Shown piece after piece: positions 1 through 8,012 of a DNA stretch of 32,000 nt. Position 1 is the stretch's first letter. Every line of letters begins with the position of its first letter. The notes beneath the pieces were generated by a model that was not told where the DNA came from, made no database searches, and saw only the letters and a list, made by a program, of their open reading frames with translations. Location: positions 2,025,604 through 2,057,603 of the forward strand of contig NZ_JBHSTI010000008.1 in assembly GCF_042660085.1 (NCBI RefSeq), written 5' to 3'. This DNA is from Longivirga aurantiaca (lineage in GTDB: Bacteria > Actinomycetota > Actinomycetes > S36-B12 > CAIYMF01). The translations under genes and the position numbers were made by a program.

Positions 1-23
1 ACGTTGCGATCAGGTCCGGTCGG

Positions 24-737
24 TCAGGAGTGCCTCCCCCGCGGCCGCGACAGCCCGTACGTCGCGATACCGAGGGCGATGAGCACGAGCCCGGTGAGGG
101 TGAGCAGGCCTGACGGGGCGCCGGTGTCGGCCAGGGGCGGCCGAGTCGGGCCCGGCGTCGTGGACCGGGCCGGCGTGGTGCCGGGCTCGGTCGTGGTCGG
201 CGGCACCGTGCCGGGCTCGGTCTCCGGCGGCGCGCTCGTGGTCGTGGCCGGCGGCGCGCTCGTGGTCGTGGCCGGCGGCGCGCTCGTGGTCGTGGCCGGC
301 GGCGCGCTCGTGGTCGTGGCCGGCGGCGCGCTCGTGGTCGTGGCCGGCGGCGCGCTCGTGGTCGTGGGCGGCGGCGTCGACGGCGAGACACGGGCCTCGC
401 ACCACGCCTCGGTGACGCCGGCGTCCAGGCCCTCGATGTAGTCGCGCTTCAGGTCGCCGGCCGCGTGCGTGATGCCGTTCCACGTGCCGGCCGACTTCCA
501 GTGCTTGTTGGGCTCGTCGCGGTGCATGAGATGACCGCGATAGCGCGTGGAATCGGCGTCGACGACGATCCACTCGTAGGGGTTCGAGTCGGACGACGTG
601 GCGTGGCAGATACCGACGGCAGTGTGCCCGGGCTTGGCCGCGGCCGTGGAGGCCAGCGGGGCCAGGACGAGACCGGTGCCGAGGACGGTGAGCGCCCCGG
701 CTACGACGACCCCGACACGTGCGCGCATCGTGTTCAT
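24..737 (-). CDS. Secreted, LAxTG (sortase-type) cell-wall anchored protein with CHATSSxxNPYxWIVVD domain and PPATTTSA repeat stalk
   Basis: ORF with N-terminal signal peptide (MNTMRARVGVVVAGALTVLGTGLVLAPLASTAAAK), repetitive Pro/Thr stalk, C-terminal LADTG, hydrophobic segment and basic tail (LSRPRGRHS). ATG at 737 chosen over the longer upstream ORF start. Confidence 0.85.
   Translation of the reverse strand: MNTMRARVGVVVAGALTVLGTGLVLAPLASTAAAKPGHTAVGICHATSSDSNPYEWIVVDADSTRYRGHLMHRDEPNKHWKSAGTWNGITHAAGDLKRDYIEGLDAGVTEAWCEARVSPSTPPPTTTSAPPATTTSAPPATTTSAPPATTTSAPPATTTSAPPATTTSAPPETEPGTVPPTTTEPGTTPARSTTPGPTRPPLADTGAPSGLLTLTGLVLIALGIATYGLSRPRGRHS
241..360. repeat. Five perfect tandem copies of a 24-bp unit (gtcgtggccggcggcgcgctcgtg) encoding the PPATTTSA stalk
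   Basis: Copies at 241-264, 265-288, 289-312, 313-336 and 337-360 are identical, with partial copies at both edges. Confidence 0.95.
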
Positions 738-783
738 GGCGAGTCCTCTTGTCACGTGGTGGTTCCCGGGCTCGCGCGCTGCA

Positions 784-868
784 AGGCCGGTCTCACCAGT
801 GGCTCGCCGTGACCGCTCCCTCGAGGGGATCGGTGACCGTCCGTCGGTCACGGGTCAACGCTTCCTCG
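784..868 (-). promoter_or_regulatory. Conserved leader element, copy 1 (candidate structured RNA)
   Basis: Closely matches 1904-1991 upstream of the paralogous gene. Helix CCGTGAC/GTCACGG corresponds to CCGCGAC/GTCGCGG in the other copy. Confidence 0.55.
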
Positions 869-1042
869 CTGGTCCTCCGCGAGAGGCCCCAGGGCCGGGC
901 CCGCTCGCGCGACCCCGACATCGCTGACGGTACTTCAGACTGCGCCATTCGAGGACCGGCGCGCCGTGTGCGCGGCACGGACGGACGATCTGTTCACCCG
1001 CCCGTCACTCGGAGTGGCCTGGAGTTCACCCGAACGTGCGGA

Positions 1043-1076
1043 GCCCTCCCTCCGAGCAGCTGCTCGGAGGGAGGGC
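1043..1076. terminator. 34-bp perfect palindrome in the intergenic region between the two LAxTG genes; probable terminator
   Basis: gccctccctccgagcagctgctcggagggagggc is fully self-complementary. Confidence 0.6.
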
Positions 1077-1228
1077 CACGTGCCTCGCGTCGTCCCGATC
1101 GGTCGACTGCGACGGCGTCCGCTCTCCCATCCACCGTTGATGGAGAACGGAGGTCGGGCGGTCTGGCTGCGATCCGTCCGATCGGGAGCGACGGCTCGCG
1201 GTGGGTTCCTCCGCCAGGAGGGTCTGGC

Positions 1229-1858
1229 TCAGGCGTTCTCGGACTTGCGGCCGGCGACCAGGAACACCGCGCCGGTGGCGAGCAGGACACCACCGAGACC
1301 GAGCAGGACGCCCGTGCTCGACCCGGTGTGCGCGAGCTGAGGCTGGCCGCCGGTCGAGGGGATGGTGCCGGGAGCGTCGGTGCTTGTGCCGACCGCGTCG
1401 GTCGGGGTGGCGGTGGGCTCGTCCGTCGGGTCGATCACAGGCTCGTCGGTCGGGGTGCCGGTCGGCTCGTCGGTCGGGGTGTCGGTCGGGGTGCCGGTCG
1501 GCTCGTCGACCGGGACGACGTCGGCCTCGCACCACGCCTCGGAGATGCCGAGGTCGAGGCCCTCGATGAAGTCGGGCTTCTCGTCGCCGGCGGCGTGCTC
1601 GACACCGTTCCACGAGCCCGCTGACCTCCAGGTCTTGTTCGGCTCGGTCGTGTGCATGAGGTGGCCGCGGTACGTGGCCGAGTCCTGGTCGACCACGATC
1701 CACACGTAGGGGTTCGTGTCGGACGACGTGGCGTGGCAGATGCCGACGGGGGTGTGGCCCGGGGCGGCCGTGGCGCCGGCCGCGAACGGCAGGGCGATGA
1801 GGCCGAGGCCGAGGGTGGCGGCTGCGATGCCGGCGATGCGCGTCGTGGTGCTCGTCAT
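1229..1858 (-). CDS. Secreted, LAxTG cell-wall anchored protein, paralog of the 24..737 product, with PTDEPTGT-type stalk
   Basis: Signal peptide (MTSTTTRIAGIAAATLGLGLIALPFAAGATAA), shared GICHATSSDTNPYVWIVVD domain, C-terminal LAHTG, TM segment and tail. Confidence 0.85.
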   Translation of the reverse strand: MTSTTTRIAGIAAATLGLGLIALPFAAGATAAPGHTPVGICHATSSDTNPYVWIVVDQDSATYRGHLMHTTEPNKTWRSAGSWNGVEHAAGDEKPDFIEGLDLGISEAWCEADVVPVDEPTGTPTDTPTDEPTGTPTDEPVIDPTDEPTATPTDAVGTSTDAPGTIPSTGGQPQLAHTGSSTGVLLGLGGVLLATGAVFLVAGRKSENA

Positions 1859-1903
1859 GATGTGACCTCGCTGATCGGGGAACGGGTGGATGGTGCGTTC
1901 CTC

Positions 1904-1991
1904 GAGGCCGGTCTCACCACTGGCTCTCCGCGACGCCTCCCCGTGAGGGGATCGGTGACCGTCTGGACGGTCGCGGGTCACTGCCTCCTCG
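1904..1991 (-). promoter_or_regulatory. Conserved leader element, copy 2 (candidate structured RNA)
   Basis: See copy 1. Shared blocks TGACCCG, ACGGTCACCGATCCCCTC, GAGCCA.TGGTGAGACCGGCCT in transcript sense. Confidence 0.55.
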
Positions 1992-2250
1992 ATCACGGAT
2001 CCGGTGGAGATCCGCTGCGGTGCCGGTGGAGCGCCGCAGGAGGAGAGTGACCGATCCCAGGACCTGTCGGTCATGCTCAGTAACGCCCGATACGCCAGAC
2101 GGGGCAACGGATCCCGGGATCTAGACCGCGGCGACACCAGCCCTTGAGCGCGACTTGAGACTGGACGTCACCGTGCGTGCCCTGTGGCACGGCACACACG
2201 TGAGACCCCGCCGTCACCGGCCCGAAACCGGGGCGGGGGACGATGGCCGC

Positions 2251-2451
2251 ATGCTCACGATCTGCACCCGGTGCCGCACCCCGTACGACCGCCGTCAGGC
2301 CGACCCGGCGGCGCCGGCCGTCCTCTCGGCCCTCTGCAGCGCCTGCGCCACCGGCGCGGTGCGCGAGGCCGAGCCCGTCCTGGCCGCCGTGGCCTGGATC
2401 GACACCGAGCGCACGGTGCTGCCGCGCAGCGTCCTTCCCGTCGCCTCCTGA
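2251..2451 (+). CDS. Small zinc-ribbon-like protein (CxxC...CxxC)
   Basis: ATG with upstream GGGGGA; MLTICTRCRTPYDRR...LCSACATG. Confidence 0.5.
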   Translation: MLTICTRCRTPYDRRQADPAAPAVLSALCSACATGAVREAEPVLAAVAWIDTERTVLPRSVLPVAS

Positions 2452-2483
2452 GTCGATCCGCGGCGTGCACGCCGCCACAGGCG

Positions 2484-2519
2484 CGAGGAGCCGCACCCAC
2501 TGGGGGGTGCGGCTCCTCG
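2484..2519. terminator. Bidirectional terminator-like hairpin
   Basis: 15-bp perfect stem cgaggagccgcaccc/gggtgcggctcctcg with 6-nt loop, between convergent ORFs. Confidence 0.75.
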
Positions 2520-2533
2520 TCGTTCGTGCAGCG

Positions 2534-2704
2534 TCAGGCGTGCGTGCCCCGCGGCCGTCCGAGCACCATCGCGCCGATGCCGACCAGCACGAGCAGGATG
2601 CCCCCGACCATCGGGAGCAGCGGCTTCGAGCCGGTCTGGGCGGGGCGGGCGACCGTCGTACGGCCGCGGGTCGGCATCTCCTCGCGCACGGCGTCGCCCT
2701 GCAT
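2534..2704 (-). CDS. Small single-TM membrane protein
   Basis: LLPMVGGILLVLVGIGAMVLGRPRGTHA hydrophobic segment; ends next to the hairpin at 2484-2519. Confidence 0.45.
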   Translation of the reverse strand: MQGDAVREEMPTRGRTTVARPAQTGSKPLLPMVGGILLVLVGIGAMVLGRPRGTHA

Positions 2705-2803
2705 CCTCGAGGGTGCGGCGGGTCCCCACCCCACGCAAGCACGGACGACCACGGGGTAGACCGGTGCGCCCCTCACGGGTGAGCCCCGGGACCGGTGGGT
2801 GCA

Positions 2804-3189
2804 GACGAGCCGGTCTGTAAGCCGGATTCTGTCCCGGTCGCACGCGACCGGGGGCGACCATCCATCTGGGGCCGTCGTCTCCGACGACCTCGGTGCGGTC
2901 TACCCGCAGGCTCGGGCGGGCAGCCCTCGAACGCCTGCGCAGGAGGCCGGAGCCTCCCTTGTGACCTTGCTCCGGGTGGGGTTTGCCGAGCCACGACCGT
3001 CACCGGCCGTGCTGGTGGTCTCTTACACCACCGTTTCACCCTTGCCGGTGCCGAAGCACCGGCGGTCTGTTCTCTGTGGCACTGTCCCGCGGGTCACCCC
3101 GGGTGGCCGTTAGCCACCACCCTGCCCTTCGGAGTCCGGACTTTCCTCGGCCCCCTTGCGGGGCACCGCGGCCGCCCGACCGACTCGTC
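2804..3189 (-). ncRNA. rnpB: RNase P RNA, bacterial class A
   Basis: In transcript sense: GACGAGTCGGTC 5' arm pairs with GACCGGCTCGTC 3' arm; conserved GAGGAAAGTCCGGACTCC, ACAGAGAACAGACCGCC, GGTAAGGGTGAAA-like GGCAAGGGTGAAACGGTGGTGTAAGAG, AGAUGGAUGGUCGCC and ACAGAATCCGGCTTACAG. Confidence 0.95.
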
Positions 3190-3202
3190 TGCGTCGCTCA
3201 GG

Positions 3203-4678
3203 CTACCCCGTCGCGGCGTCGGGCTCCGCCGGGACGAAGCGGACCTGACGACGGGAGGTGTCGACGGAGGCCAGCCGCAGGCGTACCCGGCGCCCGAGCC
3301 CGAGCCCGCCGCCGGCCACGTGCGTGCGGACGGCGGGCCAGTGCAGCTGCACGACGTCGTACTCCCTGCGCTCGTCGACGACGACGGCCTGGTACTCCTC
3401 GCCCACGTGCTGCTCGAGGATCACGGCCTCGACGAGGTCGACGCAGGCGCGGTCGAGGGCGCGGGCGCGCTGGTCGGCCAGGCGCATCTCGTCCGGCAGC
3501 GCCGGCAGGCCGTCGAGCACCCACTGCGGAACCTCGCGGCCGGCTGCGACGGCCAGGCAGCACTCGGCGCCGTAGCGGTCGACGAGGCGGCGCAGCGGTG
3601 CCGTCACGTGGGCGTACGGCGCGGCCACGGCGGCGTGCCGCAGCACGTCGGGCGCGTCGTCGTCGGCCTCGCGGTCGACCACCGTGTACCCGGCCGAGCG
3701 CAGCAGGATCGTGACGAGGTTGAGGAACGCCGCGTGCGCGGGCGGGCGCGGGTCGAGGTGGCGGACGAGCTCGGCGTACGACACGTCGCGCGGCCAGTCG
3801 ATGCCGAGGCCCTCCGCCGTACGTCGCAGGCGCTCGTAGTCGTCGGGCGGGGGCGGAGGCATCGTGCGGACGATGCCGACACCGGCGTCGAGCATGATGC
3901 GGGCGGCGCTCATCCCGGTGAGCAGCGAGATCTGCGCGTTCCACCCCTCGACAGGGTGGGGGGCGCGCATCGCTAGGCGGAAGCCCGGGCCGTCGGCCTC
4001 GATCTCCTGGTCGGGCACGCGCACGTCGATGCCGCCGCGCTCGACCTCGAGCCCCTGCCGGAGCCTGCCCACCTCGCGCAGCAGCACGAGCGACTCGTCC
4101 GCCTCGCCCGTGTCGAGGCCCTTCTGCACCTCGGCGTAGGCGAGCTTCGCGCGGCTGCGCACCAGGGCGCGCTCGACGTCGACCTCGACGGGCAGCCCGG
4201 CCGAGTCGAGGTCGATGCGCCACAGGACCGCTGCGCGGTCGACTCCGGGCAGCAGGCTCGCCGCCCCCTCGGACAGCACGGGCGGGTGCAGCGACGTACG
4301 CAGGTCGGGGCTGTAGAAGGTGACGCCGCGGGCATGCGCCTCGCGATCGATCGCGCCGCCCGGCCGCACGAACGACGCGACGTCGGCGATCGCGTAGTGC
4401 ACCCGGTAGCCGCTCCCCCGTCGTTCGATCCACACGGCCTGGTCGAGGTCGGTGGAGCCGGCGGGGTCGATGGTGACGAACGGGATCCCGGTGGCGTCAC
4501 GGCGCTGATCACCCTCGGGCGGCTGCGGTGGCTGGGGCGCGGCGGCCACCGCCTGCGCCTCGGCGAGCACGTCGTCCGGGAAGGAGGCGGGCACGCCCTG
4601 CTCCTCGCGGACTGCGGCGAAGCCGGCGCGCAGCACGTCACCCTGCCGGGTCTGCGCGCGCAGCCAGCGTCGGGTCAC
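3203..4678 (-). CDS. RNB-domain ribonuclease (RNase II/R family)
   Basis: 491-aa ORF with IDPAGSTDLDQAVWIE, HYAIADVASFV, ARGVTFYSPD, PYAHVTAPLRRLVDRY motifs. Confidence 0.9.
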   Translation of the reverse strand: MTRRWLRAQTRQGDVLRAGFAAVREEQGVPASFPDDVLAEAQAVAAAPQPPQPPEGDQRRDATGIPFVTIDPAGSTDLDQAVWIERRGSGYRVHYAIADVASFVRPGGAIDREAHARGVTFYSPDLRTSLHPPVLSEGAASLLPGVDRAAVLWRIDLDSAGLPVEVDVERALVRSRAKLAYAEVQKGLDTGEADESLVLLREVGRLRQGLEVERGGIDVRVPDQEIEADGPGFRLAMRAPHPVEGWNAQISLLTGMSAARIMLDAGVGIVRTMPPPPPDDYERLRRTAEGLGIDWPRDVSYAELVRHLDPRPPAHAAFLNLVTILLRSAGYTVVDREADDDAPDVLRHAAVAAPYAHVTAPLRRLVDRYGAECCLAVAAGREVPQWVLDGLPALPDEMRLADQRARALDRACVDLVEAVILEQHVGEEYQAVVVDERREYDVVQLHWPAVRTHVAGGGLGLGRRVRLRLASVDTSRRQVRFVPAEPDAATG

Positions 4679-4734
4679 CAGAGCACCGTACGTGCCGCAC
4701 GCCCACCCGGCACCCGGGTTCGCCCTCAGCTCGC

Positions 4735-4785
4735 ACTGATCAATCCGTTGCCTCCCGGCCCCCCTGAGGCGACGGGTTGATCAGT
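4735..4785 (+). promoter_or_regulatory. 20-bp stem inverted repeat upstream of yaaA
   Basis: ACTGATCAATCCGTTGCCTC / GAGGCGACGGGTTGATCAGT; both non-Watson-Crick positions are U.G in + strand RNA. Confidence 0.6.
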
Positions 4786-4813
4786 CTCACGGATGGGGTG
4801 GAAGGATCGGCGG

Positions 4814-5602
4814 GTGCTCGTGCTGCTGCCGCCCTCGGAGGGCAAGTCCCCCGCGCGGCGCGGTGCCGCCCTCGACCTCGAGGGCCTGTCGTTCCCCGGG
4901 CTCACCGCCACCCGCGAGCGGGTGCTCGACGCCCTCGTCGATCTCGCCCGCACGCGCCCGGACCGGGCCCGCGAGGTGCTGGGCCTTTCCGAGCGCCAGA
5001 TGGACGAGGTGGTGCGCGACGCCGGGCTCCTCACCGAGCCGACCGCGCCCGCCGGCCGCGTCTACACCGGCGTGGTCTACGAGTCGCTCGACCTCGCCTC
5101 GCTCGACGCCGCGGCCAAGCGACGCGCGACGCGCAGCATCGTGGTCCAGAGCGCGCTGTTCGGCGCCGTGCGGCTGACCGACCGCATCCCGGCGTACCGG
5201 CTGTCGGGCGACTCGGTGATCCCGTCGCTCGGATCGCTCGCCGCGGTGTGGCGCGACCCGCTGGCGACGGCGATGACCGAGGCCGCCGGTCGCGGCCTCG
5301 TCATCGACCTCCGCTCGGGCGTGTACGCCAACCTGTGGAAGCCGACCGGGGCCGTCGCCGACCGCACGGTGGCCGTGCGGGTGCTGCAGGAGATGCCGGA
5401 CGGCAGCCGCAAGGTGGTGAGCCACTTCAACAAGGCGACCAAGGGCCGGCTGCTGCGGCAGTGGCTGGTCGACGGTGCCGACCCGCGCAGCCTCGACGAG
5501 CTCGCCGACGCATGCGAGAAGGCCGGTGTCGTCGCCGAGCCGGGGCCGCGGCCGAAGCCCGGCAGGCCCATGACGCTCGACGTCGTCGTCTCGGACCTCT
5601 AG
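4814..5602 (+). CDS. yaaA: YaaA family peroxide stress protein (DUF328)
   Basis: VLVLLPPSEGKSPARRGAALDLEGLSFPGLTATRERVLDAL...; GTG start with GAAGGA SD 7 nt upstream (longer ORF start at 4793 also possible). Confidence 0.88.
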   Translation: MLVLLPPSEGKSPARRGAALDLEGLSFPGLTATRERVLDALVDLARTRPDRAREVLGLSERQMDEVVRDAGLLTEPTAPAGRVYTGVVYESLDLASLDAAAKRRATRSIVVQSALFGAVRLTDRIPAYRLSGDSVIPSLGSLAAVWRDPLATAMTEAAGRGLVIDLRSGVYANLWKPTGAVADRTVAVRVLQEMPDGSRKVVSHFNKATKGRLLRQWLVDGADPRSLDELADACEKAGVVAEPGPRPKPGRPMTLDVVVSDL

Positions 5603-5622
5603 CGGCAGGCCCGAATCCGCTC

Positions 5623-5898
5623 GCCGCACGGCTCGTCATCGGCGACATGGCCGGCACGCGCGTGCCCGGAGAGTTCGACCTCGTGACTCAGCAGAGCCAG
5701 TCGCACCACTGCACGCGGACGGCCGACGGCACGGCGCGCTACGACGTCGGCAGCTTCCGCTACGTGTGGCCGGCGGAGCTCGACCTCATGGCGCAGCTCG
5801 CCGGCCTGGAGCTCGAACGCCGCACCGAGGACTGGGCAGGGACGCCGTTCACGTCCGAGAGCGAGAAGCACGTGTCGGTGTGGCGCAAGCCGGCCTAG
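5623..5898 (+). pseudogene. C-terminal remnant of a class I SAM-dependent methyltransferase
   Basis: Reading frame ...DLVTQQSQSHHCTRTADGTARYDVGSFRYVWPAELDLMAQLAGLELERRTEDWAGTPFTSESEKHVSVWRKPA resembles the C-terminal region of that family; the SAM-binding N-terminus is absent. In-frame ATG at 5647. Confidence 0.6.
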
Positions 5899-5912
5899 CG
5901 GCCGCCTCACGT

Positions 5913-5954
5913 ACCGATGTGCCAGAAACCGGCGCGGTTCTCTGGCACATCGGT
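5913..5954. terminator. Terminator-like hairpin
   Basis: accgatgtgccaga / tctggcacatcggt perfect 14-bp outer stem, plus inner aacc/ggtt with a 1-nt bulge. Confidence 0.7.
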
Positions 5955-6027
5955 GCGTGAGGCCGGTCAGGAGGCGACGGCGGGTGCACCGCGCCTACGC
6001 TCGGGTGCCAGCCGACGGAGGGAAGGC

Positions 6028-6786
6028 ATGAGCGGGACGAGGCTCTACCGCGACGACGCCGACATCGCGTGGCTGCGCGAGCACCTGCGCAGCGCGCAGC
6101 GGGTGCTGATCCTCACCGGGGCCGGCGTCAGCCGCGGGTCCGGGCTCCCCACGTACCGCGGCAAGGGCGGCATCTACGAGGACTCCGAGATCGAGGCCCT
6201 GCACCATGCCGACGGGCTTCCGGGGTCGCTGCCCGAGCTCTGGTCGTTCTGGGGCCCAAAGCGCCGGTCGATCCTGGACGCCCAGCCCAACGACGCGCAT
6301 CGCGCGATCGCCGAGTACCAGTGGGACGCGCGCACCGGCACCCGCTCGGTAACCCTCGCGACGCAGAACATCGACGACCTGCACGAGCGCGGCGGCAGCC
6401 CGCAGGTCGCGCACCTGCACGGCACGCTCTTCGCGACGCACTGCTACGCGCGCTGCGGGTACGCCGTGCCGCACGACATCACTCCGTACGGCGACACCCC
6501 CGTGTGCCCGCGGTGCGGCGGCTGGCTCCGGCCGTCCGTGGTGCTGTTCGGCGAGCAGCTCGACGTCGACGCCCAGATGGCTGCGCGCCACGCGGTGCGC
6601 GAGTGCGACCTGCTCCTCGCGGTCGGCACGTCCGGCGAGGTGAGCACCGCCGCAAACCTGATCCGTTACGCCTCCGACGTCGGGGCGCTGCTCGTCTCGG
6701 TCGACCCGGCACCGAGCGTGCCGCCGATCTTCGACGTGCAGGTGCAGCTGCCCGCCGAGGACGCGCTCCCCCGCATCCTGCTGTAG
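6028..6786 (+). CDS. Sir2-family NAD-dependent protein deacylase (sirtuin)
   Basis: GAGVSRGSGLPTYRG, TQNIDDLH, HLHG, paired Cys (CYARC...CPRC), VGTS motifs. Confidence 0.9.
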   Translation: MSGTRLYRDDADIAWLREHLRSAQRVLILTGAGVSRGSGLPTYRGKGGIYEDSEIEALHHADGLPGSLPELWSFWGPKRRSILDAQPNDAHRAIAEYQWDARTGTRSVTLATQNIDDLHERGGSPQVAHLHGTLFATHCYARCGYAVPHDITPYGDTPVCPRCGGWLRPSVVLFGEQLDVDAQMAARHAVRECDLLLAVGTSGEVSTAANLIRYASDVGALLVSVDPAPSVPPIFDVQVQLPAEDALPRILL

Positions 6787-6839
6787 CCGCCGTACGCCGT
6801 GAGCAGGTGGCGAGCACCTGGCCCGGGGCCGACGCTTCC

Positions 6840-8012
6840 CTACGGGGTCCAGCCGGACACGAGGCCCTCGAGGTGGCTCGACTCGGCGAACGACCGCATC
6901 GAGGCGTTGCCGTCGGCGTACCACGTGAGCGTGGTGATCGAGGCGGGTGCGAGCTCCATGCGGTTCATCGACTGCAGGGGCGCACCGAGGGCCCGCGCGG
7001 TGAGCGCGCGGATCGACCCGACGTGCGCCGCCGCCACGATGCGCGCGCCGCGGTACTCCTCGAGCACGCCCGCGAGCGCCGCACCCACGCGGTCGTAGAC
7101 CTGCTGCAGGGACTCTCCCCCGGGCGGCGCGACCTGCGGCGACTCGAGCCATGCCGTCATCTCCGACGGCCACCGCGCCATCACCTCGGCGAAGGTGAGG
7201 CCGTCCCACTCGCCGAAGCGCGCCTCCTCGAGACCGGGTACGGCGACGGCCTCGGCACCGATGCGCCGGCCGATCACCGCCGCGGTCTGCCGGGTGCGCT
7301 GCATCGGCGAGCACAGCAGCACATCGGCGCCGCCGCGACGCTCGACCTCGAGGGCGGCAGCCTCGGCCTGCGCCACGCCCTGGTCGACCAGCGCCGGGTC
7401 GAACGGGCCGCCGCTGCCGGAGAAGCGGCGCTCGACCGAGTGCTGGGTGACGCCGTGCCGCACGATCAGCGTGACGGTCGGGGCACCGATGTCCGGTCCC
7501 CAGCCGACGATCGCGGGGCGCGGACCCGGCGGCACCGGATCGGCCTCGGCCTCGGTCTCGTACGCGTCCGCGACCAGGCGTCGGATCGTGCCGCTGCGCC
7601 CGCGCTCGACGGCGTCCATGGACTCGTTCGCGAGGGCGTCCGCGGCCTTGTTCTTCTCGCGCGGGACCCAGGTGAAGGTGACGCGGTCGCGCGGCATGAC
7701 ATCGCGCGCCTCGAGGGCGATGCGGCGCAGGGTCTCGTTCTTGATCGCCCAGCGGCCGCTCATCTGCTCGACGACGAGCTTGGAGTCCAGGCGCGCCTCG
7801 ACGTGCGCCTCCGGGTCGACCTCCATCGCCGCGCGCAGGCCCTCGAGCAGCCCGGTGTACTCCGCGACGTTGTTGGTGGTGTGCCCGAGGTGGTCGGCCA
7901 GCTCGACCAGCACCTCGCCCGTGGCCGCCTCGCGCACCACGGCGCCGTACGCCGCGGGCCCGGGGTTGCCGCGCGACCCGCCGTCGGCCTCGACGACGAG
8001 ACGGCGGTTCAC
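6840..8012 (-). CDS. Bifunctional RNase H / histidine phosphatase (CobC-like) fusion protein
   Basis: N-terminal EADGGSRGNPGPAAYGAV RNase HI domain; C-terminal TLIVRHGVT...SGSGG phosphoglycerate mutase-like domain. GTG start. Confidence 0.9.
   Translation of the reverse strand: MNRRLVVEADGGSRGNPGPAAYGAVVREAATGEVLVELADHLGHTTNNVAEYTGLLEGLRAAMEVDPEAHVEARLDSKLVVEQMSGRWAIKNETLRRIALEARDVMPRDRVTFTWVPREKNKAADALANESMDAVERGRSGTIRRLVADAYETEAEADPVPPGPRPAIVGWGPDIGAPTVTLIVRHGVTQHSVERRFSGSGGPFDPALVDQGVAQAEAAALEVERRGGADVLLCSPMQRTRQTAAVIGRRIGAEAVAVPGLEEARFGEWDGLTFAEVMARWPSEMTAWLESPQVAPPGGESLQQVYDRVGAALAGVLEEYRGARIVAAAHVGSIRALTARALGAPLQSMNRMELAPASITTLTWYADGNASMRSFAESSHLEGLVSGWTP

Noticed and set aside
217-372. 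Regular short direct repeats resembling a CRISPR or regulatory array
   Set aside because: Units are 24 bp with no spacers and encode the in-frame PPATTTSA stalk of a secreted protein.
2799-3113. Plus-strand ORFs overlapping rnpB
   Set aside because: Region is explained by RNase P RNA secondary structure and conserved motifs on the minus strand.
5917-6027. Upstream start giving a longer sirtuin (MCQKPARFSG...)
   Set aside because: The start codon lies within the 5913-5954 terminator-like stem; ATG 6028 has a GGAGGGAAGG Shine-Dalgarno and starts the recognisable protein.
6028-6786. Sirtuin with non-canonical motifs (GAGVSRGSGLPTYRG, TQNIDDLH) as a possible novel defence NADase
   Set aside because: Motif changes are modest, the catalytic HLHG and zinc Cys pairs are intact, and no partner defence gene is adjacent.
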